From: Planctopirus limnophila DSM 3776 | Lineage (GTDB): Bacteria > Planctomycetota > Planctomycetia > Planctomycetales > Planctomycetaceae | Reading direction: 5' to 3' | Length of the DNA: 32,000 bases | Assembly: GCF_000092105.1 (NCBI RefSeq) | Contig: NC_014148.1 | Coordinates: 30,001-62,000 of the forward strand | Part shown: piece by piece, positions 8,564 to 18,140 of the stretch | Numbering within the stretch: the stretch's first letter is position 1 | Layout of the letters: every line of letters begins with the position of its first letter | The notes under the pieces: generated by a model | Database searches by the model: none | What the model saw: the letters and a program-made list of their open reading frames with translations, nothing else | What the model was told of the DNA's origin: nothing | Position numbers and translations under genes: made by a program

Positions 8564-11500
8564 ATGTTCTCCTTTCGGCATATCGCTCACACTCTTGCCA
8601 GCTATCGTTGTGTGACACCACTTGTCTTGACGCCGGCTGTGCTCATGGCGGGCCTGGTCTTTGCTGCTGATCCCAAGCCCATTTACGAAAGCCCGATTGT
8701 CTCTGCTGAGACGAAGGGCCACAGTGTCGCCATTGATGTTCCCTTGAATGGCGCGAAAGAACTTTACCTGGTTGTCAGTGATGCCGGTGATGGCTTTGGT
8801 TGCGATTGGGCCGACTGGATTGAACCAACCCTCACCACTTCGCAAGGTCAGGTCAAGCTGACGGATCTCAAGTGGAGTCGCGCGGAATCGGGCTACGGGC
8901 AGGTTCAACTCAACCACAGTTGCGGCGGTGATGCTCTCATGGTTGCAGGTGTGCAGCCTTCCTTTGGCATTGGTACGCACGCCAACTCGCTGATTGCCTA
9001 CAAGCTTCCTGAAGGAACAACACGCTTCCAGGCCCGGGGTGCCATTGATGATGGTGGTGCCAATCAAGGCTGTGGCAGCACCGTGAAGTTCGCTGTCTAC
9101 ACGCAGGCTCCATCACCTAAAGCGACTCAAGCAACTGGCGGAAGTGCCGGGAGCCGAGAACTGGCCAAAGCGGTGGATCAGCTGGATGCCGGTGAAGGGC
9201 TCGAAGCGACGCTCTTTGCCGGTGAGCCGATGATGCTCAACCCGACCAACATCGACATCGATCCGCAGGGCCGCGTCTGGGTCTGCGAAGTGGTGAACTA
9301 CCGCCACCACAACGGCGAGCGTCCCGAAGGTGACCGCATTCTCATTCTCGAAGACACGAATGGCGATGGCGTTGCCGACAAATCGACCGTCTTTTATCAG
9401 GGGAACGATGTCGATTCGGCTCACGGGATTTGTGTGCTGGGTGATCGAGTCATTATCTCAGCCGGCGATACCGTTTTCTCACTCTATGACCGCAATCACG
9501 ATCTTAAGGCCGATCCTGGTTCCAAAGAGATTCTGTTCACCGGGATCGAAGGCAAGCAGCACGATCACGGCATCCATGCGTTTGTTCTCGGCCCCGACGG
9601 AAAGCTCTATTTTAACTTCGGTAACTCAGGCCGCCGTCTGAAAGACAAGGATGGCAAGGTCGTGGTTGATCTGAGTGGGCGTGAAGTCCACGATCATCGG
9701 AAGCCTTATCAGGAGGGGATGGTCTTCCGATGTGATCTGGATGGTTCCCATGTGGAGACTCTGGGCTGGAACTTCCGCAACAATTGGGAAGTCTGCGTCG
9801 ATTCCTTTGGTTCGATGTGGCAATCCGATAACGATGATGATGGCAACCGTGGCGTGCGCATTAACTACGTGATGGAGTTTGGCAACTACGGCTACAAGGA
9901 CGAATTCACAGGTGCCGGCTGGCAACAGCCACGCACTAATCTGGAAACAGAGATCCCCCTTCGCCACTGGCACCTGAATGATCCGGGCGTCATGCCCAAT
10001 CTGCTACAGACAGGTGCGGGTTCACCGACTGGAATTCTAGTTTATGAAGGCAAACTGCTCCCTGCGATTTTTCGCAATCAGATCATCCATTGTGATGCCG
10101 GCCCGAATATTGTGCGTGCTTATGTGACGAAACCTGACGGGGCCGGCTACTCGGCGGAAATGGTCAATATTCTCGAAGGCAAACGGGACCAGTGGTTCCG
10201 TCCCAGCGATGTCTGCGTGGCTCCCGATGGATCATTGATTATTGCTGACTGGTATGATCCGGGCGTTGGTGGACACCGCGCCGGCGATGTGGAAAAAGGT
10301 CGTTTGTTCCGGGTGGCTCCGCCGGGTGCTCCTTACAAATTCCCCAAGCCTGATTTCAGCACGGTTGAAGGTGCTATTGCCCAACTGGCCAGCCCCAATC
10401 TGTCAGCCCGGTCGCAGGCCTATCTCGTGCTGGAAAAGATGGGTGCCAAAGCCGAACCCGCGCTCTTGGCACTGTTTGAAACATCCAAAGAACCTCGCCT
10501 GAGGGGACGAGCCCTGGGGCTCTTGAAAAAGAATCCCGCCGTCTTGCAGAAGGCTCTCAAGGACAGCGATGCCGACATCCGCATCGCGGCTCTGCGGCTT
10601 ATCCGTCAGGTCTACAGCCCGGTCGCGGGTTCGAAGAACACGACGGTACTGACACAAGCGATCGGCCAGCTGGTCAGCGATCCCAACGCAGCGGTTCTTC
10701 GCGAATGCCTGGTCGCGCTGGCGACCTCCCACGCCTCAGCCGATGATGTCCACGGGAAGGGCGTACATGTCATTCCCCAGAAGGCCGAACTATGGGCTCA
10801 GTTGGCCAACCAGTATCAGGGGAGCGATCGCTGGTATCTGGAAGCCCTGGGCATTGGTGCCGAAGGGGATTGGGATGCCTGTCTGGGTGCCTATCTCAAG
10901 GCTCATCCCAACGCCGCAGAAACGCTGGCAGGCAGGGATATCATCTGGCGATCAAGAGCTGCACAAACGCCGGAACTGCTGGCGAAGATCATCTCTGATC
11001 CAAAGACACCCGCTGAGGAACTGCCGCGTTACTTCCGTGCGTTTGACTTCCTCACTTCTCCCGCGAAGGATGAGGCGATTACACAACTCGCTTTTGCGAC
11101 ACAGCCGATGCCTGATGGACGCGACAAGCTGATCCTGGCGGAAGCACTGGGAAGACTGAAATCGTTTGATCCCGAAAGCAATCCTGCTCGCAAAGCTGCA
11201 CTGGCCCGTGTGCTTGAAACAACGCGCGGGACACCTGCCTATATTACGCTGGTGGATCGCTTCAACATGCAGGCCGAATATCCTGGACTGCTGGCACTTG
11301 CGAAGGCCCAGGCCGATAGCCAGCTGGGTGTCGATGCAGCTCGTGTGCTGGTCGCGAAGAATCAGGGAGTACTCATCGAAGCAGCTCTCGTTTCGAAAGC
11401 ACCGGGTGATTTCAGTGGAGCCGCAATTCTGCGGGCGATTGGCAATGCTGGTGGTGGTGAAGCGATCAAGCTCCTCCGCAAGCTGGCCCTCGATGACAAG

Positions 11501-12169
11501 CAGCCTAACGAAGTCCGTATGGAAGCGATTCGTGGTTTGGCCAAATCTCAGCAGGGAGCTGAACAACTCATCAATCTGGCGAAAGAACAGAAGCTGCAGG
11601 GAGATTCGCTGGCGATTGCTGGTTTTGCCGTGCAGGCGGCCAATCATCCGAAACTCAAATCGCAGGTGGATGCCATCTTCCCGCCGCCACCATCCCGTAA
11701 TGACAGTCCTTTGCCACCTCTGGCACAGTTGATTAAGAACAAAGGTAACATCACCAAGGGTCGAGAGATTTACTTTGGTGTGGGGACTTGTGCGAAATGC
11801 CACCAGGTCGGTTCTGAGGGCAAAGATGTCGGCCCGGCACTCACTGAGATTGGCTCGAAGCTGAGCCGCGAGGCGATGTTCGAATCGATTCTTTATCCCA
11901 GTGCGGGGATCAGCCACAACTACGAAAGCTTTGTGGCGGAACTCTCTGATGGTACCAGTGTGATTGGCCTGCTGGTCAATCAGACCGATCAGGAGGTGGC
12001 TCTGAAGAGTGCTGACGGATTGATCAAGACGGTCAAACGATCGGACATTGAGGAATTGACGAAGCAGAAGATTTCGCTCATGCCCGCCGATCTTCAGAAA
12101 CTGATGACGGCCCAGGAACTTGTCGATCTCGTTGAGTATCTGCAGACTCTCAAGAAAAGTGGAAATTGA
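8564..12169 (+). CDS. PVC-type heme-binding CxxCH protein (NPCBM-like N-domain, membrane-bound-dehydrogenase-like beta-propeller region, HEAT repeats, C-terminal cytochrome c domain)
   Basis: The ~1200-aa architecture is typical of Planctomycetota and Verrucomicrobiota. It ends in GTCAKCHQVGSEGKDVGPALTEIG...LMPADL and has long HEAT-like A/L-rich repeats in the middle. The N-terminal domain ends in GCGSTVKFAVY. The ATG at 8564 has GAGG 7 nt upstream, and GTG 8549 is an alternative start. Confidence 0.9.
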   Translation: MFSFRHIAHTLASYRCVTPLVLTPAVLMAGLVFAADPKPIYESPIVSAETKGHSVAIDVPLNGAKELYLVVSDAGDGFGCDWADWIEPTLTTSQGQVKLTDLKWSRAESGYGQVQLNHSCGGDALMVAGVQPSFGIGTHANSLIAYKLPEGTTRFQARGAIDDGGANQGCGSTVKFAVYTQAPSPKATQATGGSAGSRELAKAVDQLDAGEGLEATLFAGEPMMLNPTNIDIDPQGRVWVCEVVNYRHHNGERPEGDRILILEDTNGDGVADKSTVFYQGNDVDSAHGICVLGDRVIISAGDTVFSLYDRNHDLKADPGSKEILFTGIEGKQHDHGIHAFVLGPDGKLYFNFGNSGRRLKDKDGKVVVDLSGREVHDHRKPYQEGMVFRCDLDGSHVETLGWNFRNNWEVCVDSFGSMWQSDNDDDGNRGVRINYVMEFGNYGYKDEFTGAGWQQPRTNLETEIPLRHWHLNDPGVMPNLLQTGAGSPTGILVYEGKLLPAIFRNQIIHCDAGPNIVRAYVTKPDGAGYSAEMVNILEGKRDQWFRPSDVCVAPDGSLIIADWYDPGVGGHRAGDVEKGRLFRVAPPGAPYKFPKPDFSTVEGAIAQLASPNLSARSQAYLVLEKMGAKAEPALLALFETSKEPRLRGRALGLLKKNPAVLQKALKDSDADIRIAALRLIRQVYSPVAGSKNTTVLTQAIGQLVSDPNAAVLRECLVALATSHASADDVHGKGVHVIPQKAELWAQLANQYQGSDRWYLEALGIGAEGDWDACLGAYLKAHPNAAETLAGRDIIWRSRAAQTPELLAKIISDPKTPAEELPRYFRAFDFLTSPAKDEAITQLAFATQPMPDGRDKLILAEALGRLKSFDPESNPARKAALARVLETTRGTPAYITLVDRFNMQAEYPGLLALAKAQADSQLGVDAARVLVAKNQGVLIEAALVSKAPGDFSGAAILRAIGNAGGGEAIKLLRKLALDDKQPNEVRMEAIRGLAKSQQGAEQLINLAKEQKLQGDSLAIAGFAVQAANHPKLKSQVDAIFPPPPSRNDSPLPPLAQLIKNKGNITKGREIYFGVGTCAKCHQVGSEGKDVGPALTEIGSKLSREAMFESILYPSAGISHNYESFVAELSDGTSVIGLLVNQTDQEVALKSADGLIKTVKRSDIEELTKQKISLMPADLQKLMTAQELVDLVEYLQTLKKSGN

Positions 12170-12190
12170 ATTCCATTTCAAGCATGGCCA

Positions 12191-12220
12191 GCCCATCTCT
12201 CACCTGGGTGGGGGATGGGC
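12191..12220 (+). terminator. 13-bp stem-loop (two G-U pairs) 22 nt after the stop of the 1200-aa gene
   Basis: gcccatctctcac (12191-12203) pairs with gtgggggatgggc (12208-12220) around the loop ctgg. There is no U-tract. Confidence 0.4.
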
Positions 12221-12474
12221 GATGACAGCCAAAGCGTTGTTTCGTGCGACGATTGAGGCTTTATCTTGCAGTCGATGGGGCATGCCTGCTCAACTCACTT
12301 CCGCAGTCTAGCCTGCTCGCGCATGCCTGTGGAAACAGGTCACTTGAGCGGACTGACTTTCTGCTGCTCCTGAAGTCGTGTACTATCAGATCCATACAGA
12401 GAGAGTCCACATTGCCTGCGGCTGCCGGGATATCTTGAGAGCCATGGGTAAGTGATGGTCTGGGAGGAGAGAGT

Positions 12475-13188
12475 ATGGATTCGTCAGGCATGCAGCTTAA
12501 GGGACTTCACACGATTCATCTGGCATTGCGTGATGTGCAGGCCTTGATTGACCGTGGCCCGAAGCAGACTCTCGCCAAGAAACAGTTGATTCAGAAGCGG
12601 CAAGCCGATCATGAAGCTGCCAGAGATCGCCTGAAGCAAGCCCGTTTGCTGGCTGATCAGAAGAATCTGCAGCTCAAGACCCAGGAAGCCCGGATTGCCG
12701 AATATCGGGCCAAGCAGAATACGGCGGCTTCAAACCGCGAGTACGACATTATCAAGGGGCAGATCGCTGCTGATGAGATGTCCAAAAGTGTGCTTGAAGA
12801 TGAAATTTTCGAAACGCTTGAGCAGATCGATAAATGTCAGCTTGAAATTGCTGAGCGTGAGAAAGAAGTCGCTGCTGCTCAGGCCGAACTGGTGCGGTAT
12901 GAAGCCGAGTACGCCGCTGAGAAACCTGGCCTCGAAGCGAGAAAAGCGACACTGGTTCAGCAACTGGCCAGTGCTGAAGGTTGCCTGCCGGCGAATATTA
13001 TCCCGGATTACCGACGACAGATTCAGGCCCATGGTGCGGATGCTTTGGCACCCGTTGAGAATCGTTCCTGCAGTGCCTGCTATCTGCAGCTGACACAGCA
13101 GCTCTTCATGGAACTGCGTGCAGGGAAGCCCATGTTCTGCCGCTCCTGCGGACGACTCATTTATCTCGATGCTGAGGCAGACGAGTAA
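12475..13188 (+). CDS. coiled-coil protein with C-terminal C4 zinc ribbon (COG1579/DUF164-like)
   Basis: A long heptad-like coiled coil is followed by CSACYLQL...CRSCGRLIY. A strong RBS, GGAGGAGAG, precedes the ATG. Confidence 0.8.
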   Translation: MDSSGMQLKGLHTIHLALRDVQALIDRGPKQTLAKKQLIQKRQADHEAARDRLKQARLLADQKNLQLKTQEARIAEYRAKQNTAASNREYDIIKGQIAADEMSKSVLEDEIFETLEQIDKCQLEIAEREKEVAAAQAELVRYEAEYAAEKPGLEARKATLVQQLASAEGCLPANIIPDYRRQIQAHGADALAPVENRSCSACYLQLTQQLFMELRAGKPMFCRSCGRLIYLDAEADE

Positions 13189-13556
13189 TTCTCTTCGCCT
13201 GCACTTCAAACCTCTCTTCTCGCCATCCGGATACAGGCTGTCTTCGATCGCCTATCTCATGTGGACTTGCACATTCCATGGCCCGGCTGTCGCCTTGTGG
13301 TGCAGGTTGCAGTTTCCAATTCATGGCGAGACTTGAACTTATCTCGAAAACTTCAACTGTTATGCTTGCAAATAAAATCTGATCAGAGCGGGGCGTCGAG
13401 AAATCCGGGTTCAGGTTGCTGTTCACCCCTGCCGTTGATCTCTACGACCGTCTCTGGACAGCGTCCGTGATCCGACGTCGGAGCTATTCTTTCCCAACGG
13501 CACGCTCCTTGCATTTCTGTGAACATAGCGCAGTGCCTCTCTTGAGTTTGTTGATG

Positions 13557-13602
13557 AAGTCAACGCGGGTGAGGTGCCCTTCGTTCAAGTCAACCCGTGT
13601 GA
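13557..13602 (+). repeat. two 16-nt direct repeats exactly 30 bp apart in the long leader of the DUF1559 tandem
   Basis: aagtcaacgcgggtga (13557-13572) and aagtcaacccgtgtga (13587-13602) match at 14 of 16 positions. Confidence 0.35.
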
Positions 13603-13881
13603 AAGACTCGTGAATTCATGATGAGTTCTCGATTCGTTGCTCTTTAAACTGGTTCGAGAAAGCCTGTTTTCACGCAGATTGATCAGTTACGACCTGTTCA
13701 GGACTGCCTAGTGCAGGAGCAGATTTCGCCCACTGGTTGGGCAGCAAACTTACCTTATGTCCCCGGCAGCTCACGGCTTTGGATTTTTGCAGGAGATTTG
13801 GGTTCGCCTGCGAGTTCTGGTCAGCCGCCCACCTTGTTTTCGTACATCCGTCTTTGCCTCGTCATTAGAGAAAGTCAGAAT

Positions 13882-14853
13882 ATGTTCCCTCGTCGTCGCG
13901 GCTTCACTTTGATTGAGCTGCTTGTGGTGATTGCGATCATTGCCGTATTGATCGCTTTATTGTTGCCAGCAGTCCAGCAGGCACGAGAAGCCGCCCGGAG
14001 GACACAGTGCCGCAGTAATCTCAAGCAAATCGGCCTCGCACTGCACAACTACGAGAGCACTTATGGTTGTTACCCGACTCGCACCACGGGATTAACCGCA
14101 AATCCCGATGCCAAGCGACATGGTATGCCAGTGCGACTGTTGCCGTTCATCGATCAAGCCGCCCTTTTCAACACTTACGACTTCCGTCAGCACTGGTATT
14201 TCCCAGTGAACGAACCCGCGATCCGCACTCCATTAACTATCTTTACTTGTCCCTCCGATCCGACGCCGAATGTGGATACTTCGACCTTTACGGTTGACTC
14301 AGTGACTTACAGTACCTTGCAGCGATCCACGACCGACTATGCCGAGAATGGTGGCGTCAGTACTAACCTGACGCTGGCCAGTGGTCTGGTCGATGCCCAG
14401 ACAGTGAACAATCCTGATGGTCCTTTTGAAGACAATTTCAAGATCTGCCGTATCCGAGACATTATTGATGGACTCTCGAACACAATTTTCGTGGGTGAGC
14501 GTGGAGGGGTACCACTGCGATACAATAGTGGTGTTCCTTCTGGAGCAGTGATTCCCGGAACGGGCATGCTTAATACTTCCGATGGTGGTGGTGGCTGGGC
14601 TGATTATCGTCAGGGTGTCCGCATGGCTGGGTCAACAGCTGGGACTGGAGCCAGGAATATCAGTAGCACAACCAATTTTGGTCGATGCGCGATCAACTGC
14701 ACCAATCATGAAGAATATTACAGCTTCCATACAGGTGGTGCTCACTTCCTGATGGGTGATGGCAGTGTGCGATTCAACTCTGAGAACATTAGCATCACGG
14801 TCATGGCCAGGCTCTTATCTGCTCAGGCTGCTGAGGTCGTGGGAGAGTATTAA
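13882..14853 (+). CDS. DUF1559 family protein with prepilin-type N-terminal cleavage/methylation domain
   Basis: Starting at ATG 13882 gives [43 protein letters not shown]. The C-terminal H-X9-DG motif is [14 protein letters not shown]. The GTG 13711 extension adds 57 aa with no family resemblance. Confidence 0.9.
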   Translation: MFPRRRGFTLIELLVVIAIIAVLIALLLPAVQQAREAARRTQCRSNLKQIGLALHNYESTYGCYPTRTTGLTANPDAKRHGMPVRLLPFIDQAALFNTYDFRQHWYFPVNEPAIRTPLTIFTCPSDPTPNVDTSTFTVDSVTYSTLQRSTTDYAENGGVSTNLTLASGLVDAQTVNNPDGPFEDNFKICRIRDIIDGLSNTIFVGERGGVPLRYNSGVPSGAVIPGTGMLNTSDGGGGWADYRQGVRMAGSTAGTGARNISSTTNFGRCAINCTNHEEYYSFHTGGAHFLMGDGSVRFNSENISITVMARLLSAQAAEVVGEY

Positions 14854-14941
14854 CGCACGATATCGGCCTAATGTTGACCGCACTATTCGTTATACATGTC
14901 TATCTTGCGATCTCAGTTTTTTACAGGAGTGATTGGGCTTT

Positions 14942-15913
14942 ATGAAACGTCGTGGATTTACGCTGATTGAGCTGCTCGTTGTCATCGCCATTATTGCAGT
15001 ACTGATTGCACTCCTGTTGCCCGCAGTTCAACAGGCGCGCGAATCGGCCCGGCGAACGCAATGCCGGAACAATCTCAAGCAAATGGGATTGGCACTGCAT
15101 AACTATCATGACCAGTACCAGTGCTTTCCTGCTGGTTTTTATCGCGGTTGGCCATTTGTGAATACGACCACCACACCAACCTCGGGAAGCCCCGGTTGGG
15201 GTTGGCAGACGATGATTTTACCTCAGATTGACCAGGCCCCGCTCTATAACCTGCTGAATGTCGGTGCGAATCGCTTGAACGGTACTGCGACTGTCACTTT
15301 TCAGGGTGTGGCGGGAACGCCCATCAAGGTTCTGGGCCAGCAACCAATTGCTGCCTATCGCTGCCCGAGTGATGTGGGTGCTCGATTGAATCCGAATCGT
15401 GGAGACTACGCGACATCGAACTACCTGGGTGTTTTTGGCCCCGCCTTCGACAATACCGTCGAAGGTTCCGATGCACTCGTTCGCGGGAGCTGGATTGGTC
15501 GAAATCGTGGTATCTTCGGTGCGAACTCCTCGACACAATTCAAGAATATTACAGATGGCACCACCAATACTGTCATGATTGGTGAAATTGCACTGGGATC
15601 TTTCCGCGTCGACTCCGCCGGATTACCAGTCAATTTTAACGGTGGCACCTGGATGGGCTTGTCGTCAGACAATACCTCGAACGTCAATACAGCACTTTCG
15701 CTCTGTGGCTACTGTATCCCCGCGAACACTGGCGCTGTCAATCGTCGGATTAACTCTCCCAACGGTGGAAACGCTTTCAGCAGTTTCCATACAGGTGGGG
15801 CTCATTTTGCCATGGCCGATGGATCGGTGCGTTTCCTGAGCGAGAATCTTGATCTGGATATTGCCGATCGCATTTCCGGAATGGCAGATGGTCTGACTGT
15901 CAGCCTGGATTGA
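14942..15913 (+). CDS. DUF1559 family protein with prepilin-type N-terminal cleavage/methylation domain
   Basis: Starting at ATG 14942 gives [41 protein letters not shown], with AGGAG 12 nt upstream. The C-terminal H-X9-DG motif is [14 protein letters not shown]. Confidence 0.9.
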   Translation: MKRRGFTLIELLVVIAIIAVLIALLLPAVQQARESARRTQCRNNLKQMGLALHNYHDQYQCFPAGFYRGWPFVNTTTTPTSGSPGWGWQTMILPQIDQAPLYNLLNVGANRLNGTATVTFQGVAGTPIKVLGQQPIAAYRCPSDVGARLNPNRGDYATSNYLGVFGPAFDNTVEGSDALVRGSWIGRNRGIFGANSSTQFKNITDGTTNTVMIGEIALGSFRVDSAGLPVNFNGGTWMGLSSDNTSNVNTALSLCGYCIPANTGAVNRRINSPNGGNAFSSFHTGGAHFAMADGSVRFLSENLDLDIADRISGMADGLTVSLD

Positions 15914-15960
15914 TGATGCCTAGATATATTCCATAGCCAGTTTTATAGAAAGTCCTTTGC

Positions 15961-16794
15961 ATGTTGATGAGGTTTTCGAGCTTTTGTCTCTTTGTCGCAT
16001 TCAGTATTGCCGCATCCAGCTTGACGCTCTCGGTGGCTCAGGCTGCTGAGCCGATCCGAGTGTCAATCTATGATCACTCGGATGGATCGGCTAACGGGCC
16101 GAAAAATCTGATGAAGTTTCTGACTGAGGAAAATGGCTTTAAGTGTGTGCGTGTCAGCCCGGAAGAGATCCGCGATACCGATATCCTCACCAAGACAGAT
16201 GTGCTGATCATCCCTGGCGGGAGCGCCAGTGCGCAGTCGAAAAAGCTGGAAGAAGCTGGCTGTGGGAAGATCAAGGAGTTCGTGAAAAATGGGGGTGGCT
16301 ATGTTGGTATCTGCGCTGGTGCTTACCTGGCGACATCCGACTACTCCTGGTCACTCGGCTTAATGAATGCCAAGGTGGTCGACAAGGCCCACTGGGCTCG
16401 CGGCACAGGCCCTGTCGAACTGGAGATGAAAGAAACAGGCAAGACGTTGCTGGGTGAATCCAGCGATCTTGTGGGTGTCTATTATGGCCAGGGTCCGCTG
16501 CTCAGCCCTGGAAGTACCAAAGAACTCCCTCCATATGAACCATTAGCACTCTACGCCACAGAGATCGCGAAAAAGGGTGCTCCCTCCGGTGTCATGGTGG
16601 GTACCAGTGCGATTGCCAAAGTCAATTACGGAAATGGACGGGTCATCTGTTACAGCTGTCATCCCGAAGGTAAGAATGGTCCTCACCATCTCATCAAAGC
16701 CGGTGTGCGCTGGGCAGCAGGGATTGATGAGCTACCGGCTCCTGTCGCCTCTCCACAAAAGTTAAGTGCCGATTCGACAACGAAAGTCGATTAA
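15961..16794 (+). CDS. exported BPL_N / class I glutamine-amidotransferase-like fold protein
   Basis: It has the signal peptide MLMRFSSFCLFVAFSIAASSLTLSVAQA. The motif VLIIPGGSASAQ...FVKNGGGYVGICAGAYLA resembles the biotin-protein-ligase N-terminal / GATase1-like nucleophile elbow. Confidence 0.65.
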   Translation: MLMRFSSFCLFVAFSIAASSLTLSVAQAAEPIRVSIYDHSDGSANGPKNLMKFLTEENGFKCVRVSPEEIRDTDILTKTDVLIIPGGSASAQSKKLEEAGCGKIKEFVKNGGGYVGICAGAYLATSDYSWSLGLMNAKVVDKAHWARGTGPVELEMKETGKTLLGESSDLVGVYYGQGPLLSPGSTKELPPYEPLALYATEIAKKGAPSGVMVGTSAIAKVNYGNGRVICYSCHPEGKNGPHHLIKAGVRWAAGIDELPAPVASPQKLSADSTTKVD

Positions 16795-16865
16795 CTGCGA
16801 TAGCCATGATTTTCGCAACGGATTCGATCCGCTGCTGAATCAGGCTTGATATTGAATAAGTACTT

Positions 16866-16898
16866 GTGAGCCGCTGGTTTCATCAACCAGCGGCTCAC
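16866..16898 (+). terminator. perfect 14-bp stem-loop downstream of 15961-16794
   Basis: gtgagccgctggtt (16866-16879) pairs with aaccagcggctcac (16885-16898) around a 5-nt loop. An A/T-rich stretch, attaataaa, follows. Confidence 0.5.
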
Positions 16899-17050
16899 AT
16901 TAATAAACGTCAGGTCATCGTAACCAGATGATCTCAGGGATTTCACGGAATCATTGTGCTTCATCTGGCTTGTGACTGCATCGAGTTCGCTCTCAATTTT
17001 TCGCGAACGTCTTTCTAGGCCAGCTCATGATCAATCAGGGTCGTTGTTGT

Positions 17051-17953
17051 ATGCTACGTTCATCATTCATGGTTTCGACTCTGTTCGTTTTGGCGATGGG
17101 AGTATTTGTTCCTGCTGCCAGAGCTCAGACGGCATCGAATCAGCCAGCCGTTTCTAAAAAGCCAGCGACGACAAAACCTAAAAAAGTTGAGTTTGTGACG
17201 ATTCAAAAGGGAACATTGCCTGTCATTTTGTCGGCACCGCATGGAGGTGAACTCGATTTACCCGGTTCGTTGCCGCGAGATCGGAAAAGCGGGGGAAGCA
17301 GGTTCCAGACGGTGCGCGATGTCCGTTCCAGTGAATTGGCCGAAGCGATTGCCAATCAATTGGAAGCGGAATTTGGCCAGCGGCCTTATCTGGTGATCCT
17401 GCGAGTCTCACGCAAGTATCTTGATGCCAATCGCGAGGCCGACTACGCCTATGAATCTCCCGAGGCTCAGGTGGTTTACGATGAGTACCATGGTGCGATT
17501 GAGCAATTCAAAAAGTCGATTCTGGAAAAGCACGGCTCAGGGCTTTTGATTGATGTGCATGGTCAGAGCAAGGAGAAGGGAGCCGTCTATCGGGGCACCC
17601 GCAATGGTCTGACAATCAGTGCTTTGAACCGCCGGGTGGGCAAGGATGCCGCTTCGTTGTATTCGAAAGTCATGGAAGACGCAGGATTACGGGTGGTTCC
17701 TCCCTCGACAGCCGCTCCCAATCAGGAAGTCGAGTACAATGGGGGTGAGATTGTTGTGGCGCATGGCAGCCAGAATCCTGGTGGTATCGACTGCATTCAG
17801 ATGGAGTTTGGCGCGGATCTGCGTTCTGTTGCCGCTTTGCCACAGACTGCGAAAGATTTCGTCAAAGGGCTCAGCCCTTTTCTGAAAGAGCACTACGGTG
17901 TCTCTGAGCAGCGTCAGGCGGCTGCGGGGGGAACCTCTCCAGCGGGTCGATAG
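17051..17953 (+). CDS. exported N-formylglutamate amidohydrolase (FGase, PF05013-like) family protein
   Basis: Starting at ATG 17051 gives the signal peptide MLRSSFMVSTLFVLAMGVFVPAARAQ. FGase-like motifs are VILSAPHGG, RVSRKYLDANRE and LLIDVHGQS. Confidence 0.65.
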   Translation: MLRSSFMVSTLFVLAMGVFVPAARAQTASNQPAVSKKPATTKPKKVEFVTIQKGTLPVILSAPHGGELDLPGSLPRDRKSGGSRFQTVRDVRSSELAEAIANQLEAEFGQRPYLVILRVSRKYLDANREADYAYESPEAQVVYDEYHGAIEQFKKSILEKHGSGLLIDVHGQSKEKGAVYRGTRNGLTISALNRRVGKDAASLYSKVMEDAGLRVVPPSTAAPNQEVEYNGGEIVVAHGSQNPGGIDCIQMEFGADLRSVAALPQTAKDFVKGLSPFLKEHYGVSEQRQAAAGGTSPAGR

Positions 17954-18140
17954 CTCGGCACTCGTCGAGCGAATGCCGAATTCGCCTGCGAATCTCACCT
18001 GATGATTTTTTCGCAGGACGACCCGACATTTGACCTGCAGACAAGGTACACTTGCGGAATAGGGCCAATTCTGGCTGTTGTAAGACAGTTTTTGGACTGT
18101 CGATTCAAAAAACATATTCCCAAGTCGAGAGTTAAGTTCA

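Noticed and set aside
10952-12196. A 414-aa ORF on the minus strand, entirely antisense to the 3' part of the 1200-aa heme-binding gene.
   Set aside because: Its composition is R/L/S/F/C-rich with no recognisable motif, typical of a shadow frame opposite a strongly codon-biased gene. The sense frame has clear HEAT and cytochrome c features.
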